In this document: positions 24,400 through 38,041 of the stretch, piece by piece
Layout of the letters: the number at the start of each line of letters is the position of its first letter
Numbering within the stretch: position 1 is the stretch's first letter
Assembly (NCBI RefSeq): GCF_006345805.1
Contig: NC_043011.1
Coordinates: 66,910,464 to 66,974,463, forward strand
Origin: Octopus sinensis
Lineage: Eukaryota
Length of the DNA stretch: 64,000 nucleotides
Reading direction: 5' to 3'
Position numbers and translations under genes: made by a program
Notes under the pieces: generated by a model
What the model was told of the DNA's origin: nothing
Seen by the model: only the letters and a program-made list of their open reading frames with translations
Database searches by the model: none

Positions 24400-25860
24400 G
24401 GTCAATTTACCCATCGCACCCTGTATATATGTGGGCCTCGTCTAGCTTTCACTGTGCATCTTTACACGTCGTTTCAACGCATACATACGTTCTGCAACAA
24501 ACGTTGAGCTTTGTTCTTGCATGTGTATTTGTTGATCGGTGCATCTTTCTGTTTCATATAAATCTTTTTCCTCCTCTTTTTCCGTTTATATCTGTTGCTA
24601 TCCCTTTTTATTATATGGCCCCTACAGGTTATCGTTGTATCGGTTACTACCGTAATTCGTGTCGATAGCGTTGTGACAATTAGAGTCAGCGCCTCGTTTC
24701 CTACTTGATTTCCAAGTCCCTTGTGGAAAAACTATCTTTTGTTATAGGGCCATTGGGTTCGTTACTTAAATCCTAGTTCACTTGCTTATATTGCTTTTGT
24801 CTATGTGATATTCAACTTTGCATACGATACCTTAACGATTTGCCATCTAAATACGCCATAGTATCAAATAGATTTAGGGGAAACTTATATCCAATTTAGT
24901 AAAAAAAAACAACTTCTTCACAACCTCCATACTATATGTAATACGTAGATAGTGTTGTACCACAAGACATCGATATATTTGTATTTTATATTCGGTTTGT
25001 GTTTACTAATGTGTGATGTGAGATTGTGACTATCGAATGCGTTTTGTGTTAATCACATTTCGGTGTTTCACTAGCGGTCTCCCTTTTACCTATAATATTT
25101 TGGCTTCCTACTTTTAGCCTATTCGAGTCATTTTTGTCGGTTTGCTGTTTGCCAATGTGTTTTTGTGTTCGATGTAGTTTTCGTAGCGTTTTGGGTATCA
25201 GAATTACATATATTATTACCTTGCAGCCTTATAAGTGGGTGCAAAGCATGAAAGCTTTGATATTCTATTAGAAATGTATTTTACTAGTATCCCTATTAAG
25301 GAGGTTGGGTGATTGTAATTTAATGTACATGGACTTTTTGTTGGGCTTGTGAAAAGGTTCATACGATAGAGTACCCAAGCTGAAGGGAGCGTCTAAAAAC
25401 AACTTTACGGAAATCATTTCATATAGCTATGCATAGGCTGAAATTTCTGAATAATTTGAATAACACATTCCTCTCATTCTTTTTGTCTGCTTTACAACTT
25501 CGATCACGAAATGATAAAGCATATTCTCTATATAGACCACACCAGATTCTTGGAAGCCAGGATTCGATTAGGAATAGGATGTAGACTCTAACCAAGTCTG
25601 TGATCTGTGCGGCGTCACTGGATCCCGTCATTATATCGAAGGCATCCAGCAGATTCGACCTATTTCAACATTTCCCATTGCAATCTAAAAAGGTTCCTCT
25701 CGAACTCACTATTTGGTCTGATTCTTGCCGAGATAGAAGCGAGTTTGGTAATGCAAAACTTAAGGCTTTATTGAAGAGAATTAGAATAATGTGTGAGTAA
25801 TAGCTATCAATGTATTTCCATTATAATCGATTATAAGCAAGTCCATTACCTATAGAAAGA
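24400..25860 (-). mobile_element. Old Penelope-like element relic (RT, thumb, start of GIY-YIG endonuclease)
   Basis: Minus strand: FDIMTGSSDAAQITDLVRVYIL...GLYRE, FLD...YEPFHKPNKKSMYI, NHPTSLI...RISKLS, VLWYN...LDISFP...VKVSY, CKNK...RCTV...HIYTG. Confidence 0.75.
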
Positions 25861-26714
25861 AATGATGCACCGCAAGCGGCTACGCAAAATCGCACGTGCA
25901 AGAGACTGATGCCCGATGGGACGAAATGATCGCAGTGTTTAATAACGTATTGGTGAAGTGCAAATGACAAGATACAAAATTTGGCAATAAGCTCCACACC
26001 TAGGTTTCGCCATTAACAAAATGTAAATACTCGTGGTAAGGCGATTTGGCGTCTTCTATCATATTAGGAATTCACCTTGCGGGTTTTTCTCTTATATATG
26101 TATGTAATATAATTTCGCAATCTTCGGATTTTTTTAAAGTATGCTAGGACACTGGTATTAATTAACATTAATTTCTACCCTCATTATTTAACTTTTAATT
26201 AACCATGTTCTCTAACCGGTGAATTCGCTGAGGGGATTTTGTAACACCAGAGCTCTTTCCGCCAAAATGAAGAAATTTCAAATACACCCACAAATATAAT
26301 TGGCAGAACTTTACACCCGTTCTCTTTCGGGAGGACGTATTGTGTCTAGTTCTGTGAATTATGTTTACCATGCGAGGGCTTCACTGAAGAACCACGGACA
26401 TTTACATTTTCTGAATGTTAATGGAGAAAACTAGGTATGCAGCATATTGCCAACTTTTGTATCTTTTCATTTGTCTTGCTCGTTTTACATTCTGGCGTTT
26501 GCTGCAATTTCTTGAAAACACATTCTTCGTGGTAAGAGGATTTGGCGTCTTCTTCTAGCATATTAGTGATCCACCTTGGTGGTTATTCCTCTTATATATG
26601 TGTATGCAATATAATTTCTTAATCTTCGGATTTTCTAAATTATGCTAGGCTACATGTTTAAGTTGATACTAATTAATATTAATTCCTACCTTCATTATTT
26701 AGCTTATATATATA

Positions 26715-26887
26715 TACTCTTTCTCTTTACTCTTTTACTCTTTTACTTGTTTCAGTCATTTGACTGCGGCCATGCTGGAGCACCACCTTTTAGTACTTAT
26801 TCTATCGGTCTCTTTTTGCCGAACCGCTAAGTGACGGGGACATAAACACACCAGCATCGGTTGTCAATGCTAGGGGGACAAACACAG

Positions 26888-26890
<3 letters not shown>
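26715..26890 (-). mobile_element. Partial tRNA-derived SINE (3' half)
   Basis: Tail actctttt repeats followed by cttgtttcagtcatttgactgcggccatgctggagcacc. Confidence 0.8.
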
Positions 26891-26926
<36 letters not shown>

Positions 26927-27845
26927 TATGTATGTATGTATGTATATATATATATATGTGTGTATATATATATATATATGTATGCATGTATGTATGTATA
27001 CACGCATATCTATGTGTGTTAATCAAAGTGCGATAACTAGGCCAAAGGAATTTGATATTCCTAGGGCATTCATAAATAAAAAGGTGGTATTCTAGCTGTT
27101 TCATGAAAATAAATGGTATCTCATCATCAGAGACGAGTTAATAGAGATTCAATGGAAGGAATTGTTAGAGTTAATTTGTTTAGAAGTTATTCTGGAGAGG
27201 GACAGATATCCTGCAGAAAGATATGATGCAGAATGATATCATGGAGAAAATATGAAAATATTAATAAGTATTGGTGGTTAAAGTTGCTAAACCGTTTCCC
27301 AGGATAACGTTAAAGTTGCTGTTCCGTTATCCATGATGACGAAACAGCAACTTTAAGATCTAACAAGTATTTTTATTTTTTCCGTTTATAATTTCTGCAT
27401 TATATCGTAATTCATGTGTATCTCCAGAATAACTTATTCTAAAAAATGAACACTGATGGTTCCTTCTATTGCAGATCTTTTAACTCGTCTCTGATGATGG
27501 CATATCATTTATTTCCCAGAAACAGGTGTACGAGCACTTTTCTATTTATATATGTCTTAGGAATATCAAATTGCCTTGGACTCGTTATCTTATCTCATTT
27601 AACATATACATGGTCACACACGACCTACCTTAGTCTCCTCACTAACGCCATTATTGAGATGGTGGGTTTATACTTGGATATTATCATACTCTTCTTAACA
27701 TGAAACCAATGGTAGGCTTAATTCACAAATAAAGAAATTATTTATCCACCAATGCGGTGTTGAGCACTCATTCCATCGTATTACATTATTTATGTGTGTA
27801 TGTATCTATATATATATATATAATCTATATATCTATCTATCTATC

Positions 27846-27917
<72 letters not shown>

Positions 27918-28140
27918 TCAAAATGTGACCGCGTGTGTACCGTTGGCGATTTTTTTCCCTCTGTCTTCCCTTCTCTGGATCTTTCCTTCTCCTATGTTTC
28001 TGACGAAGAGCTCCTTCTTTCCTTCTTTCCTGAGCGTCCAGCGTCCAATAATACTATATTTGTTCCACGTCCTCGCATTGTTGTGTGTTGTTTTGTGCTT
28101 CCTTGTTTGGATTAACTTTATATATATATATATATATATA

Positions 28141-28530
28141 TCAAACTAAGGTTATAGAACAAACAAATGCAAGGTCAACCGAATAGCATTTCATAATTCG
28201 AACATTTAATCAGAATATACATATAAACATCCCGCAGGATGGAACATAATTCATCTGTACAAGCATACAAGCATATAATAAGGTACGAGAAAAAAGTTCA
28301 TCACGGTTTAGAGTTAATACTTTAGCGATTCAGAAAAATACATTCTTTTAAAAAACATTACAACACCTAGTGTATTTTTTCCCCTGACGAAGGAGGTATT
28401 ATCTTGATGCACCCTAGTGCTTTAAACATAATAATACACCCCTGAAATGGCCATAGGGATTAAGTAAATATGGTTTCCTCTTTTTTAACTATAAGGCTTC
28501 TCTTACTTGAATGATAATTTTATAAGATTT
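28141..28530 (+). mobile_element. 3' fragment of a Penelope-like element carrying a hammerhead motif; 28141-28370 is repeated inverted at 29076-29307
   Basis: The inverted copy is directly visible and the hammerhead is at 28380-28459. The PLE assignment is inferred mainly from the hammerhead. Confidence 0.55.
28380..28459 (+). ncRNA. Minimal type I hammerhead ribozyme (predicted cleavage AUA after 28455)
   Basis: Stem I tccc/ggga; core CTGACGA 28384-28390; stem II aggaggtattat/ataatacacccct; GAAA 28444-28447; palindromic stem III ATGGCCAT. Confidence 0.75.
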
Positions 28531-28552
28531 CTAAACGATGAACTTTTATTTT

Positions 28553-28975
28553 ATTTACTCTTTTACTCTTTTACTCTTTTACTTGTTTCAGTCATTTGAC
28601 TGCGGCCATGCTGGAGCACCGCCTTTAGTCGAGCAAATCGACCCCGGGACTTATTCTTTTTGTAAGCTCAGTACTTATTCTATCGGTCTCTTTTTGCCGA
28701 ACCGCTAAGTGACGGGGACGTAAACACACCAGCATTGGTTGTCAAGCAATGCAAGGAGAACAAACACAGACACACAAACACACACACATACATATATATA
28801 TATACATATACACGACAGGCTTCTTTCAGTTTCCGTCTACCAAATCCACTCCCAAGGCATTGGTCGGCCCGGGGCTATAGCAGAAGACACTTGCCCAACA
28901 TGCCACGCAGTGGGACTGAACCCGGAACCATGTGGTTGGTTAGCAAGCTACTTACCACACAGCCACTCCTGCGCC
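28553..28975 (-). mobile_element. Near full-length tRNA-derived SINE
   Basis: A-box-like tggctgtgtggtaag, B-box-like ggttcagtcc, and (GAGTAAAA)n tail. Confidence 0.9.
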
Positions 28976-29407
28976 ATTTACATGATAAATATTATATATT
29001 TTTTATATGCTTTCTATATATATATATATATATTACATATTTTTATATATTACTTTATATTATATTTTTACTTTCTAGGTGTTGTAATGTTTTTAAAAAA
29101 AATGTATTTTTCTGAATCGCTAAAGTATTAACTCTAAACTGTGATGAACGTTTTTCTAGCACCTTATTATATGCTTATATGCTTGTACAGATGAATTATG
29201 TTCCATCTTGCGGGATGTTTATATGTATATTCCATGATTAAATGTTCGAATTATGAAATGCTATTCGGTTGACCTTGCATTTGTTTGTTCTATAACCTTA
29301 GTTTGACATATTTGTATCTTTCAATAGAGCACTTCTATAGCGGTCCTATTAATCTCTTTGTTCCTGACAAGAAACAATCACTGTATTATTGATATATATA
29401 TATATAT

Positions 29408-29467
<60 letters not shown>

Positions 29468-29469
<2 letters not shown>

Positions 29470-29748
29470 TTGCATCATGGAAGGTGTTATAAGCCATTTA
29501 AGAAACACACAAAAGCCGTTTGATTCACTTCAACATTTAAGTTTAATTTGTCAAAATATTTTCGTCGCTAAAATCCGCAACCTGTTCACTGACTAAAATC
29601 CGTGATGCAGCACAGATTTTTGTCAGTGAACAGGTCGCGGATTTTAGCGACGAAAATATTTTGACAAATTAAACTTAAATGTTGAAGTGAATCGAACGGC
29701 TTTTGTGTGTTTCTTAAATGGCTTATAAACACCTTCCACGCTGCAATT
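29468..29748. repeat. Fold-back palindrome (~135 bp arms) containing hammerhead-like motifs on both strands
   Basis: Arms are near-perfect reverse complements around a short centre at ~29601-29612. Confidence 0.9.
29619..29668 (+). ncRNA. Variant minimal type I hammerhead (G3-C8 core); mirror copy on the minus strand at ~29547-29596
   Basis: Stem I tttgtca/tgacaaa; core GTGAACA in place of CTGANGA; one extra G; stem II gtcgc/gcgac; GAAA; palindromic stem III AATATT; predicted cleavage after 29661. Confidence 0.6.
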
Positions 29749-30159
29749 GTTTTCGTTTCAGCACACGATCTCAGATCAAATTACTTGCTATGCGAGTACA
29801 TCTCCTATATATATATTATATATATATATTGACTAAGACTATTAGAGGAAATACTGCAAGCATGGTAACTGCATCTATGATTGATCTTGTTACGTCATTG
29901 TCGGCAAGTTCTATTAAAAAAGCAGAAACGTAACTAATTAACATATACTTTCTTTTCTGGATTGTTCCTCCAAAGGTGTGCTTTAGAACGATTCATGTGA
30001 TCTTACCATTCTACAATGAGACTATTCTTTCTCTAACAATCTTTTCTATATAAGTTAAGAAGGGAAATGTACATTAAAGAAAGTAAGCAGTATAAGTTTA
30101 GTTGGGGTCATAGCTGGTAATGGATTGTGGTTCATTCTTTATTTATTAGTCTTTTCAAT

Positions 30160-30420
30160 TACATTGGTTGTACACATATTCTCTTTAAATTGCGATTAAA
30201 TAACCATAAATCATATTTTAAGGACCCTAGAAAAGAGTACCCGCCTATCAAAAAATGTCTGGTAACTGATAAGAGACGACATAGATTACAAAATCTGTTG
30301 GAAGATTATCTCTTCAGTTCCTACTTATAGGCTCAGCAGCAGGATATTTTAATGTCTGAAAGAATGTTATAATTTTATGAAAAGGAACAATTCTCTATTG
30401 AATTCGAGAGATGAAAATTT
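30160..30420 (+). mobile_element. Penelope-like GIY-YIG endonuclease relic
   Basis: YIGCTHILFKLRLNNHKSYFKD, then ICWKIISSVPTY and NSLLNSRDE in other frames. Confidence 0.65.
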
Positions 30421-32698
30421 TTTACTTTTAAACATATGTCACAATTCCATTGAGCCTAAACGTAAGCACCTGTAGGAAGAAATTATTATCAATATATTCA
30501 AAAATAAATATTAACCACTACCTCTCTATTTACTATTCTCTTTATATATATACACACATTTACTTTTACTTATTTCAGTTTCTTTCAACTCCCAGACATT
30601 TTTAGGGAGACTTGTTGCTGTTCTATTTTCAGGGTACCGAAACGAATTTCGATGGAAATACACCCTTGTCTCGCAGGAATTTTCCCTGTCCCCTGTATAT
30701 GTCTTATATGTTTGCGAGTCGTCTTTTATTTATTAGATAAGAACATAAATCCTATACATGTGGATTGATTGGCATTTATTAGAAATACCAAGTAATTTTT
30801 ATTTCCGTTCCTTATTCTACTTCTAAAAGTATACATAGCATATCTTGGTCCAATTTCTAAACTATAAATTCATCATTTAAAACGATTTAACGTATATAAT
30901 ACGCAATAGCATGAGGGCTATTGATAATGTATTTGCGTGTTAAATATGTGCACACAATCATTTTATATGATTTTTACTCACAGAAATGAATTTCCTTGAA
31001 CGTTACAAATCTAAATACTCAATGCGCAAATTAGAATTGAGATATTGCGACATCTATCATCTTTATCCTCACAGAGAATATTACAAGACTGATGCAAGAC
31101 TTTATTACATTTATTCTAGATTTGCTTCGCTACAAATGTTAAATAATGCTCTCAAAGTAAAACACATCAGGCATTTATATATGAGGGATTGTTATTAAAG
31201 CCCTATTACAGTATTTCCAATACCTGACTTCAGAGTTAAGTAAAAATCACATATTACTTATGCTCTCAGGTATCGGTTACATCGTAACCGATACCTAAGC
31301 AAAGTTTAGTGCTTCCATTAATTTTTTTTTATATATGTTATTAATATATGCGTCATAATTTCTCTTGTGTGTCCAGTCATTGCTTCATGTTTGACAGATT
31401 ATAGTTTACGTTCCGATAAAGTTATTTCTTGTTAAAAGTAAAATTTGAGGATTACGATGAAACCTACAACAATTTCTATTATTCTTAACATTATTGATTT
31501 TGTTTGTATTACATAATTTTCAACCCGGGTGAATATTTCCAATATTATAATCAAAACTATTTGATAATTCCCAAAACTGACACAGTAAAAATCGATGAAA
31601 TCTCACAAAGATAATTTCATGTTAGGTTAAAGCATACCGTGCAGAACAATATAAGATATCGGCAATGTCACGTGTAAAACTGCATACATTTGTAGTGAAG
31701 CCGATCTCTTGTAAAATTATGATTTCACTTTCACGCCTCATCTCATTGCATAACTTCTTCAAAATGATACACATATATACTTCTGGCATAATATGATCTT
31801 ATGTGTATGTAAGCAATAGAGTCACAACAGCAGTTGAAAACAGAGGTTGGCTCTTAAACTATTAGTGGAAGTAAAGTTTTGTTATTCAAAATTTTATATC
31901 GTTAAATATTTAAAATTAATTACTTAAGCTAGTTTACTTTGGTTATCTTGTATTGCATAAACATTTACCCTATAAGCTGTTCCCAGAGATGGTTTAATTA
32001 CATGACGAAGAGGTTTTGCTTGTATAGGTACAGATTATTGAACATATCTGATCAATTCCGTGTACCTTATGATTCTTAAAACCTATCACTTAGTGTGTTT
32101 TCGCATAATAATCCGTATTGTCATTGAGCTTTTCATTGATAACAAATTTATTAGCAACGTATATGTAAAGCATCACAATTATGTGATATTTCTTATTAAA
32201 AGGGTACACAAGTTATTGAAATACATTCAAAATATCACGGCATGGAATAATGCTACCGTGTGTGTAATATGAATCTAGCACCACATTCGAATCGTAATCG
32301 TAAGTCAAATGCACACTGCTATATTCTATGTATAGTGTAAGTTAATCTATAAATAGCATTATTGTGACTGCAACAAGAACTTTATTCAATTTTATTCAAC
32401 TTTATTCAATTTATTCAACTTTACTCAATTTTATTCATCTTTATTCAATACGAATATGGAGTATATATTACATGTGTATATTACATGTTTCTCACTGTAA
32501 ACACGTCTATTATATTCCATGGCACTCTATAATATCATGGTAATACCACATTCAAATGTAATACAACTGTATCAATGAAATTACACCGTGCTGCTACTGC
32601 AAACGTCCTTTGTTTTCTTTGGTTTTTGGTACAGCTATTGCAAATTCATTGGAAATGTTCAACATACTATTTCACCGATAGGAGAATAACAGCTGTGA

Positions 32699-34262
32699 TT
32701 AATATAGAACAGTTTCAATAGCATATCCTTCATTTGTTGAAGCTGTAGTCATATACTGAAGACACATTGGCAGCAGAAACGCAGTGCTTATTCCAACAGT
32801 GTTGCCAGAGCTTTTAGTCGTGCTTTTATTCGGGTCTTTCTTAATCTGAAAGAAAACGAACAATATATCTTACAAAAAAATAAACCATGGAGATTTGAGG
32901 CTATAAAAAATACTGAAATTATGACCGTTGGATAGAGTAAGTCCTGTGTCACATTATTTGGTACTTAATGAGTAGTTAAAACGCAGCTAAGTACCATATT
33001 CTTTCTTTTCTTGCTCGATCGTTCCATCAAGGATCTGTTTTAGTAAAAATATGTGATTGTTTTTATTGTGACAATAAAACAATTATTATTCGATCGATTG
33101 CTACTCATTGCACTGCGGTAGGAATAAGTGAATTAAATGCAAACTAAAGAATATTATCACTCGCTCTTTGTTTTGACGAAGAAGACGATAGTAAGCCAGT
33201 CTACATACCTCACACTTATGTCTATACATGAATTTGAAATTTTCCATACAATATGGGTCTACTTTATGGAAACATCTCCATAAGCTCTGGTATCTCCTGG
33301 AAGGGAAAAATATAATTGAAAATTATACATCCATGTACTCTTGTGTAGTTTATGTATTTCATGTTCCAATGTCAAATATATTCTGGACTCGATCTCGATT
33401 TTCAAGGGACCGAGTATTACACGTAGAAAGAACGACAGACAATACTCAGCCTTTAAAAACGTCTCAACTCATTTGCGTTGTTCTGTCAAAAGACATATCG
33501 CAGGAAAGTGCACAATTGCGTCAGGTTTAATATCATCCAAAGAACTAGAGTAAATTAATTCAACTTCAATACAAAATTAACAAAAATCTATCTGTATGTT
33601 TCATATTGGCATGAGTATTACCTAGCACAGCTTCTAGGTTCTTTTCTCTAATGCCATGCTGGGATATTGGCTGTAAATTGCCAATAATCCTAAGCCAGAG
33701 TGTAGCAGAATTGCTTTCACAAATGCTATTTGTTCAATTACCATTCGTTTAGACCATAGGACAGGTTTATGCTATCAGAAATGGCAGTAATAAAATGTAT
33801 TAGCCAAACGATATATGAAGATTAATTGTCATGGAAATGTGTAAATAGATCTAGAATTTCGTGAAAGGTTTTCTAACAATTAATATATGTCAATAATTAG
33901 ATGTTATATATATATATATATATATAATATATATATATATTATATATATATATATATATACTATATATATATATATAATATATATATATACTAATATTAA
34001 CATAGATACTAACAGTAAGATCATACATACATGCAGAATAATTTGGTATTTTCAGGGTGTGCAAATCTAGAACAACTATGTCTTGCTTCTCCAACACAAT
34101 CAATTGACACTGCAACACCTAAAATATTTCGAATTTCATAATATACGAATACATCTGTAGAGATGCGAATGAGGTTTTCGTTGGCATCAATATGATGACA
34201 TTAAGAGTTATTAAGATACATAAGAAGAACAGCGACAAACTTTACAGTTGCGGATATAACAT
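32699..34262 (-). pseudogene. Copy B of the Cys-rich secreted protein pseudogene
   Basis: Exons 34262-34220, 34118-34031, 33296-33209, 32845-32699. Same splice sites and the same TAA in codon 7. Confidence 0.6.
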
Positions 34263-34329
34263 TGGAACGAAGCGGGGTGTAAAGCGATGTATTCACAGAC
34301 GTAACTTCCTACTCCCAACACGCGAGACA

Positions 34330-36470
34330 CCAACGGCATTCTTCCAGTTTCAATTAGACACGTTAATCTTTATAAGGCTTCAAAGAGCTCCCTTTTAATC
34401 AAAAGGATGTTACTATATATCCCTACAAATCCCATTTTCAGATCGACATCCGTTGGAAGTGGACTTTATTTTACACATCTCCCTTTTAGAGATTTACTTC
34501 CCTTGGAAGCTTAATATTCTTTCGTTTTGGAACTACATCTAATGATTCTGTATTTTTTCTTTTTCTTGTACTAGGTTCAATGATTTATTGCGGAGTCGCT
34601 GCATCAAAGACATCGTAGAGAACTCCCATGGGTACTTCTTTCCTAGTAACAATTTCTCCAGTAAACCTTCAGCTGACTCATCTCTCTTTTATTCCTATTT
34701 CGAAACTGTCTTCATGTACATTATTCTACAGATCGGTGTTATTATTTCGCCGTCCTCACAACCTTCCTTTCCAATTCTGTATTCTGTGAACAACACCTTA
34801 CCCCAAGCTTTTGAATATATGGTCGTATTTTTACTGTCTTGCCAAGTTTTCATTGATTGCTCAGGTAATTATTTGTCAAAAACTGACCTAGTTTTTCTTG
34901 TGAGCAAAAGTTCAGCAGGTGACTTGCTTGAAGAGGTATTTGGATATACCATTACCTGGTAAACTTACAGGAACTGTTGCAACGCTAACTCATACAACTT
35001 ATCCCTTCGATCTTGTGTGATACGAAGGAGGACATCTTGCAAAATTTCTAAAATGTACTCGCAGTAAATTTGTACCATTATCAGAGACTATGGTTCCCGG
35101 AACCCCATACTTTGCAAACATTCCCTGTAGAAATACCACTGTTACCGCGGGGGTAGGTTTTCAACATTTACTAATTTCTGGCTTTTTTTCTAAAGACATC
35201 TACTACTATAAGATATCATCAGTTCTATGATCCTGCATGAATTGTATGAAGCCAGGTCCATGGAATATCAGTCTTGGACCAGGGTTGAAACTTTGTAGGA
35301 AGTGAGTGCGCTGCAAGAGCTCAACTGTTGCAGGATTTTAGTAACTTTTCAATATCGAGATCCATTTTCGGTCGGTAAAAATAACTCCTCATAAGTGACT
35401 TCATCCGAGAAATTCCAGGATGTCCAGTGAGAAGTCCCTTTAATATTCGACTTTGTAGTGATGCAGATAATACGGCCCTTTGTGCATATATAAGCATACT
35501 ATAATATATCGAATACAAATTCGAAACTCTGTTACGTCCAGAAAAATGTATTTTTTGTTTCTTTTGATTTGACTATTTTTCTTCATTTTCATCACAGACC
35601 CGTCCGTCTCTGCCTTAGTTTTTATTTCCCCCAGCCTCACAGGCAATTCATGCACAAAGTTGCATAAAATACTTTTTATTTCATTTTCTACACTTAACGC
35701 CGTTCTTACTCTGTTTTCTAGTGGAGTCATCATTCAGTAGGCTCATTCACCTGTGTTGTTGTATAAGCGGGGATATCCTTCTTTCATCCATAGATCAACA
35801 GTCTGCAAACGTTATCTTCTCCCATGTATGAATTCATGGAATTTTTTTACTGCAAATATGATGGTTAATGCTTCTTTCTCTGCATAAGCGTAAATTTTGT
35901 CAACCAGCAATAAGGATCGCGAACCATGATCTACAAATTTCATATTTGTGGAAAATCACATCTCCAAAACGAATTTCATTAGCGTCAGATGCCATTTCTA
36001 AATTCAGGTTTAACTGTTATAAAAACAATTCCGATGTTAAGAGATTTTTAATTTCTTGAAAATTTTTTGGTATTTGTCCGACTAATTCCACTTAAAGTTT
36101 CTTTTTAATAAGTTATTCAGGGATGCTCTCAAATCATGCATATTCGGTATATATACCTCAGTAATTTGCGTGCCATAAAAATACTTGTAACTATATATTG
36201 TTTCATGGGAGAGGGATATTATATATTGCAGTCGTCCTTGCACTCTTCCTTTAAGATTATCTATTATTAAAAATTTCGATATTCCCCATCTCCTCGTGCC
36301 TGCATATATGCTTCAAATAGGTCCAATTTCCTCCATTGAACTTCCCGAACATTTTGTCCGAACTTGGTTACGGGTAATCATATGATATCAAACATTTGTT
36401 TAACGCTTTAGGAAAATCAGCTTATACACGGATTTATTATATTTTTGTTGATATTAACTGTTGGGCTCGC
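34330..36470 (-). mobile_element. Gypsy pol relic (RT, RNase H, integrase)
   Basis: Same RT/RNase H motifs as copy A plus integrase motifs GHPGISRMKSLMRSY and IVSDNGT (35085-35110 region). Confidence 0.9.
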
Positions 36471-37903
36471 AATCCTAAAATGTCTCGTCGACACTATTAT
36501 ATACTTGGTTGCCTATATATGCTTTTAAGAAAGCTGTGGGAAAGCAAAGTATTCACAAACCAAACTTCCGACTGTCATCACCCGAGACTCCTGCATCTTC
36601 TCTTGTCTCAAGGAGACACATTATTCTTTATAAGAGTTCGACGTATCCTCCTTTTAATCGCACAGGGGTTTTAATGTCTATCACCACAAAAATATTATTT
36701 TTCAAATGGATCCAATCCACGTTTGTATTCTGCAAACGATGAGCAGTTTTGCTATAATATAATATCAATAATATACACTCGACTTATAGCTGTAGCTGAA
36801 GGGTATGAACATATATCATAAACTTTATTACCATTCCTCAACTGATGATTTATTGCCAAATTTTGATCTAAGTTCTTGTAGCATTTCTCTCCTTAAATTT
36901 TGTCGTTTTTTAGATATATAAAAGTCACAAGTTTAACCGTTGCCAGTTGTTTGTCTGTTTATACTTTATATTGTTGGGCTTCTATCGGCACCTTTGGAGC
37001 AAAGACAATACCAAATCTCCACCAGGCAACCTACATGTTTAGTTTCAGCCCATGTTGCATGTCAGTCTGAGCATTTACCGCATTTCAGATCGAATGTTAT
37101 TAGTATCACTAATTATATATATAAATATATAAATATGCGTGTGTGTGCGGGGTCTGTGTGTCTGTATGTCTGTGTGTCTATGGGTGTGTGTGAGTGTTTG
37201 TTTGTGTGTCTGTGGGCGTGCGTATACATGTCTGTGATGTGTGTGTGCATGTCCGTGTTTATGCGTATGTGGAGAACCTTTCTTTCTATTGATTAAAAAA
37301 ATCCATCAATAGCAGATATGCTGTCACGTGTACATGCTACATGTACATGATCTGACACAAGATACATCTAAATTTACGTCATTTATATATTGTAAACATT
37401 TTAAATACTGTGAAATATTTTGTACACCAAGTATGAATGGAATGGAAAGATTCTTGCCGAAATGATTCGGCTGATAAAATAGAACATTCTAAACATCATA
37501 TCAACAAAAGGAGACCGCAATTCATCCAACAGATTCAAAACATTATCGATTACAAACCGAGAATATAGATGTAGATTATTTTCGAAAATCTCGCGGTATC
37601 AGAGTTAAACATCAGAAGTGTTGGGCACAAAATCTTTCTGAACTGAGCTTCTGCTAATTTATGTCGTCCAGAACACAGAAAATGGTTTGATCTGTACCAA
37701 GTGGTTACTTAACAACGTTAAAACGATCGCGAACATTGCAAGATTTGGGTTTTGGGAGAAGAAAATTTGGAAAAGACAAACGTTTTGTCCACTTATAAAC
37801 AATTTCTTATTAGGTGGGAAAATGATCAGAAAACCGTTTGTATTCATCTTTTCAAATATATAATAACATACCAAGTATTTACTATTAATTACTCTACTAT
37901 AAA

Positions 37904-37948
<45 letters not shown>

Positions 37949-38041
37949 AAATCATATTAAATGGAAATGGAAGTTAATGAAAATTTACATTTCCAGTAGT
38001 CTATTATGTAAACTTTTGAGTGCAAAAGACTATATATTACT

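Noticed and set aside
26027-26700. ~165 bp degenerate direct repeat (26027-26190 / 26525-26700) upstream of the old PLE, possible pseudo-LTRs
   Set aside because: The repeat is real but no hammerhead or PLE signature could be confirmed, so no function is assigned.
28000-28020. CTGACGA hammerhead core followed by agagctcc
   Set aside because: No GAAA or stem III follows; at best a truncated remnant.
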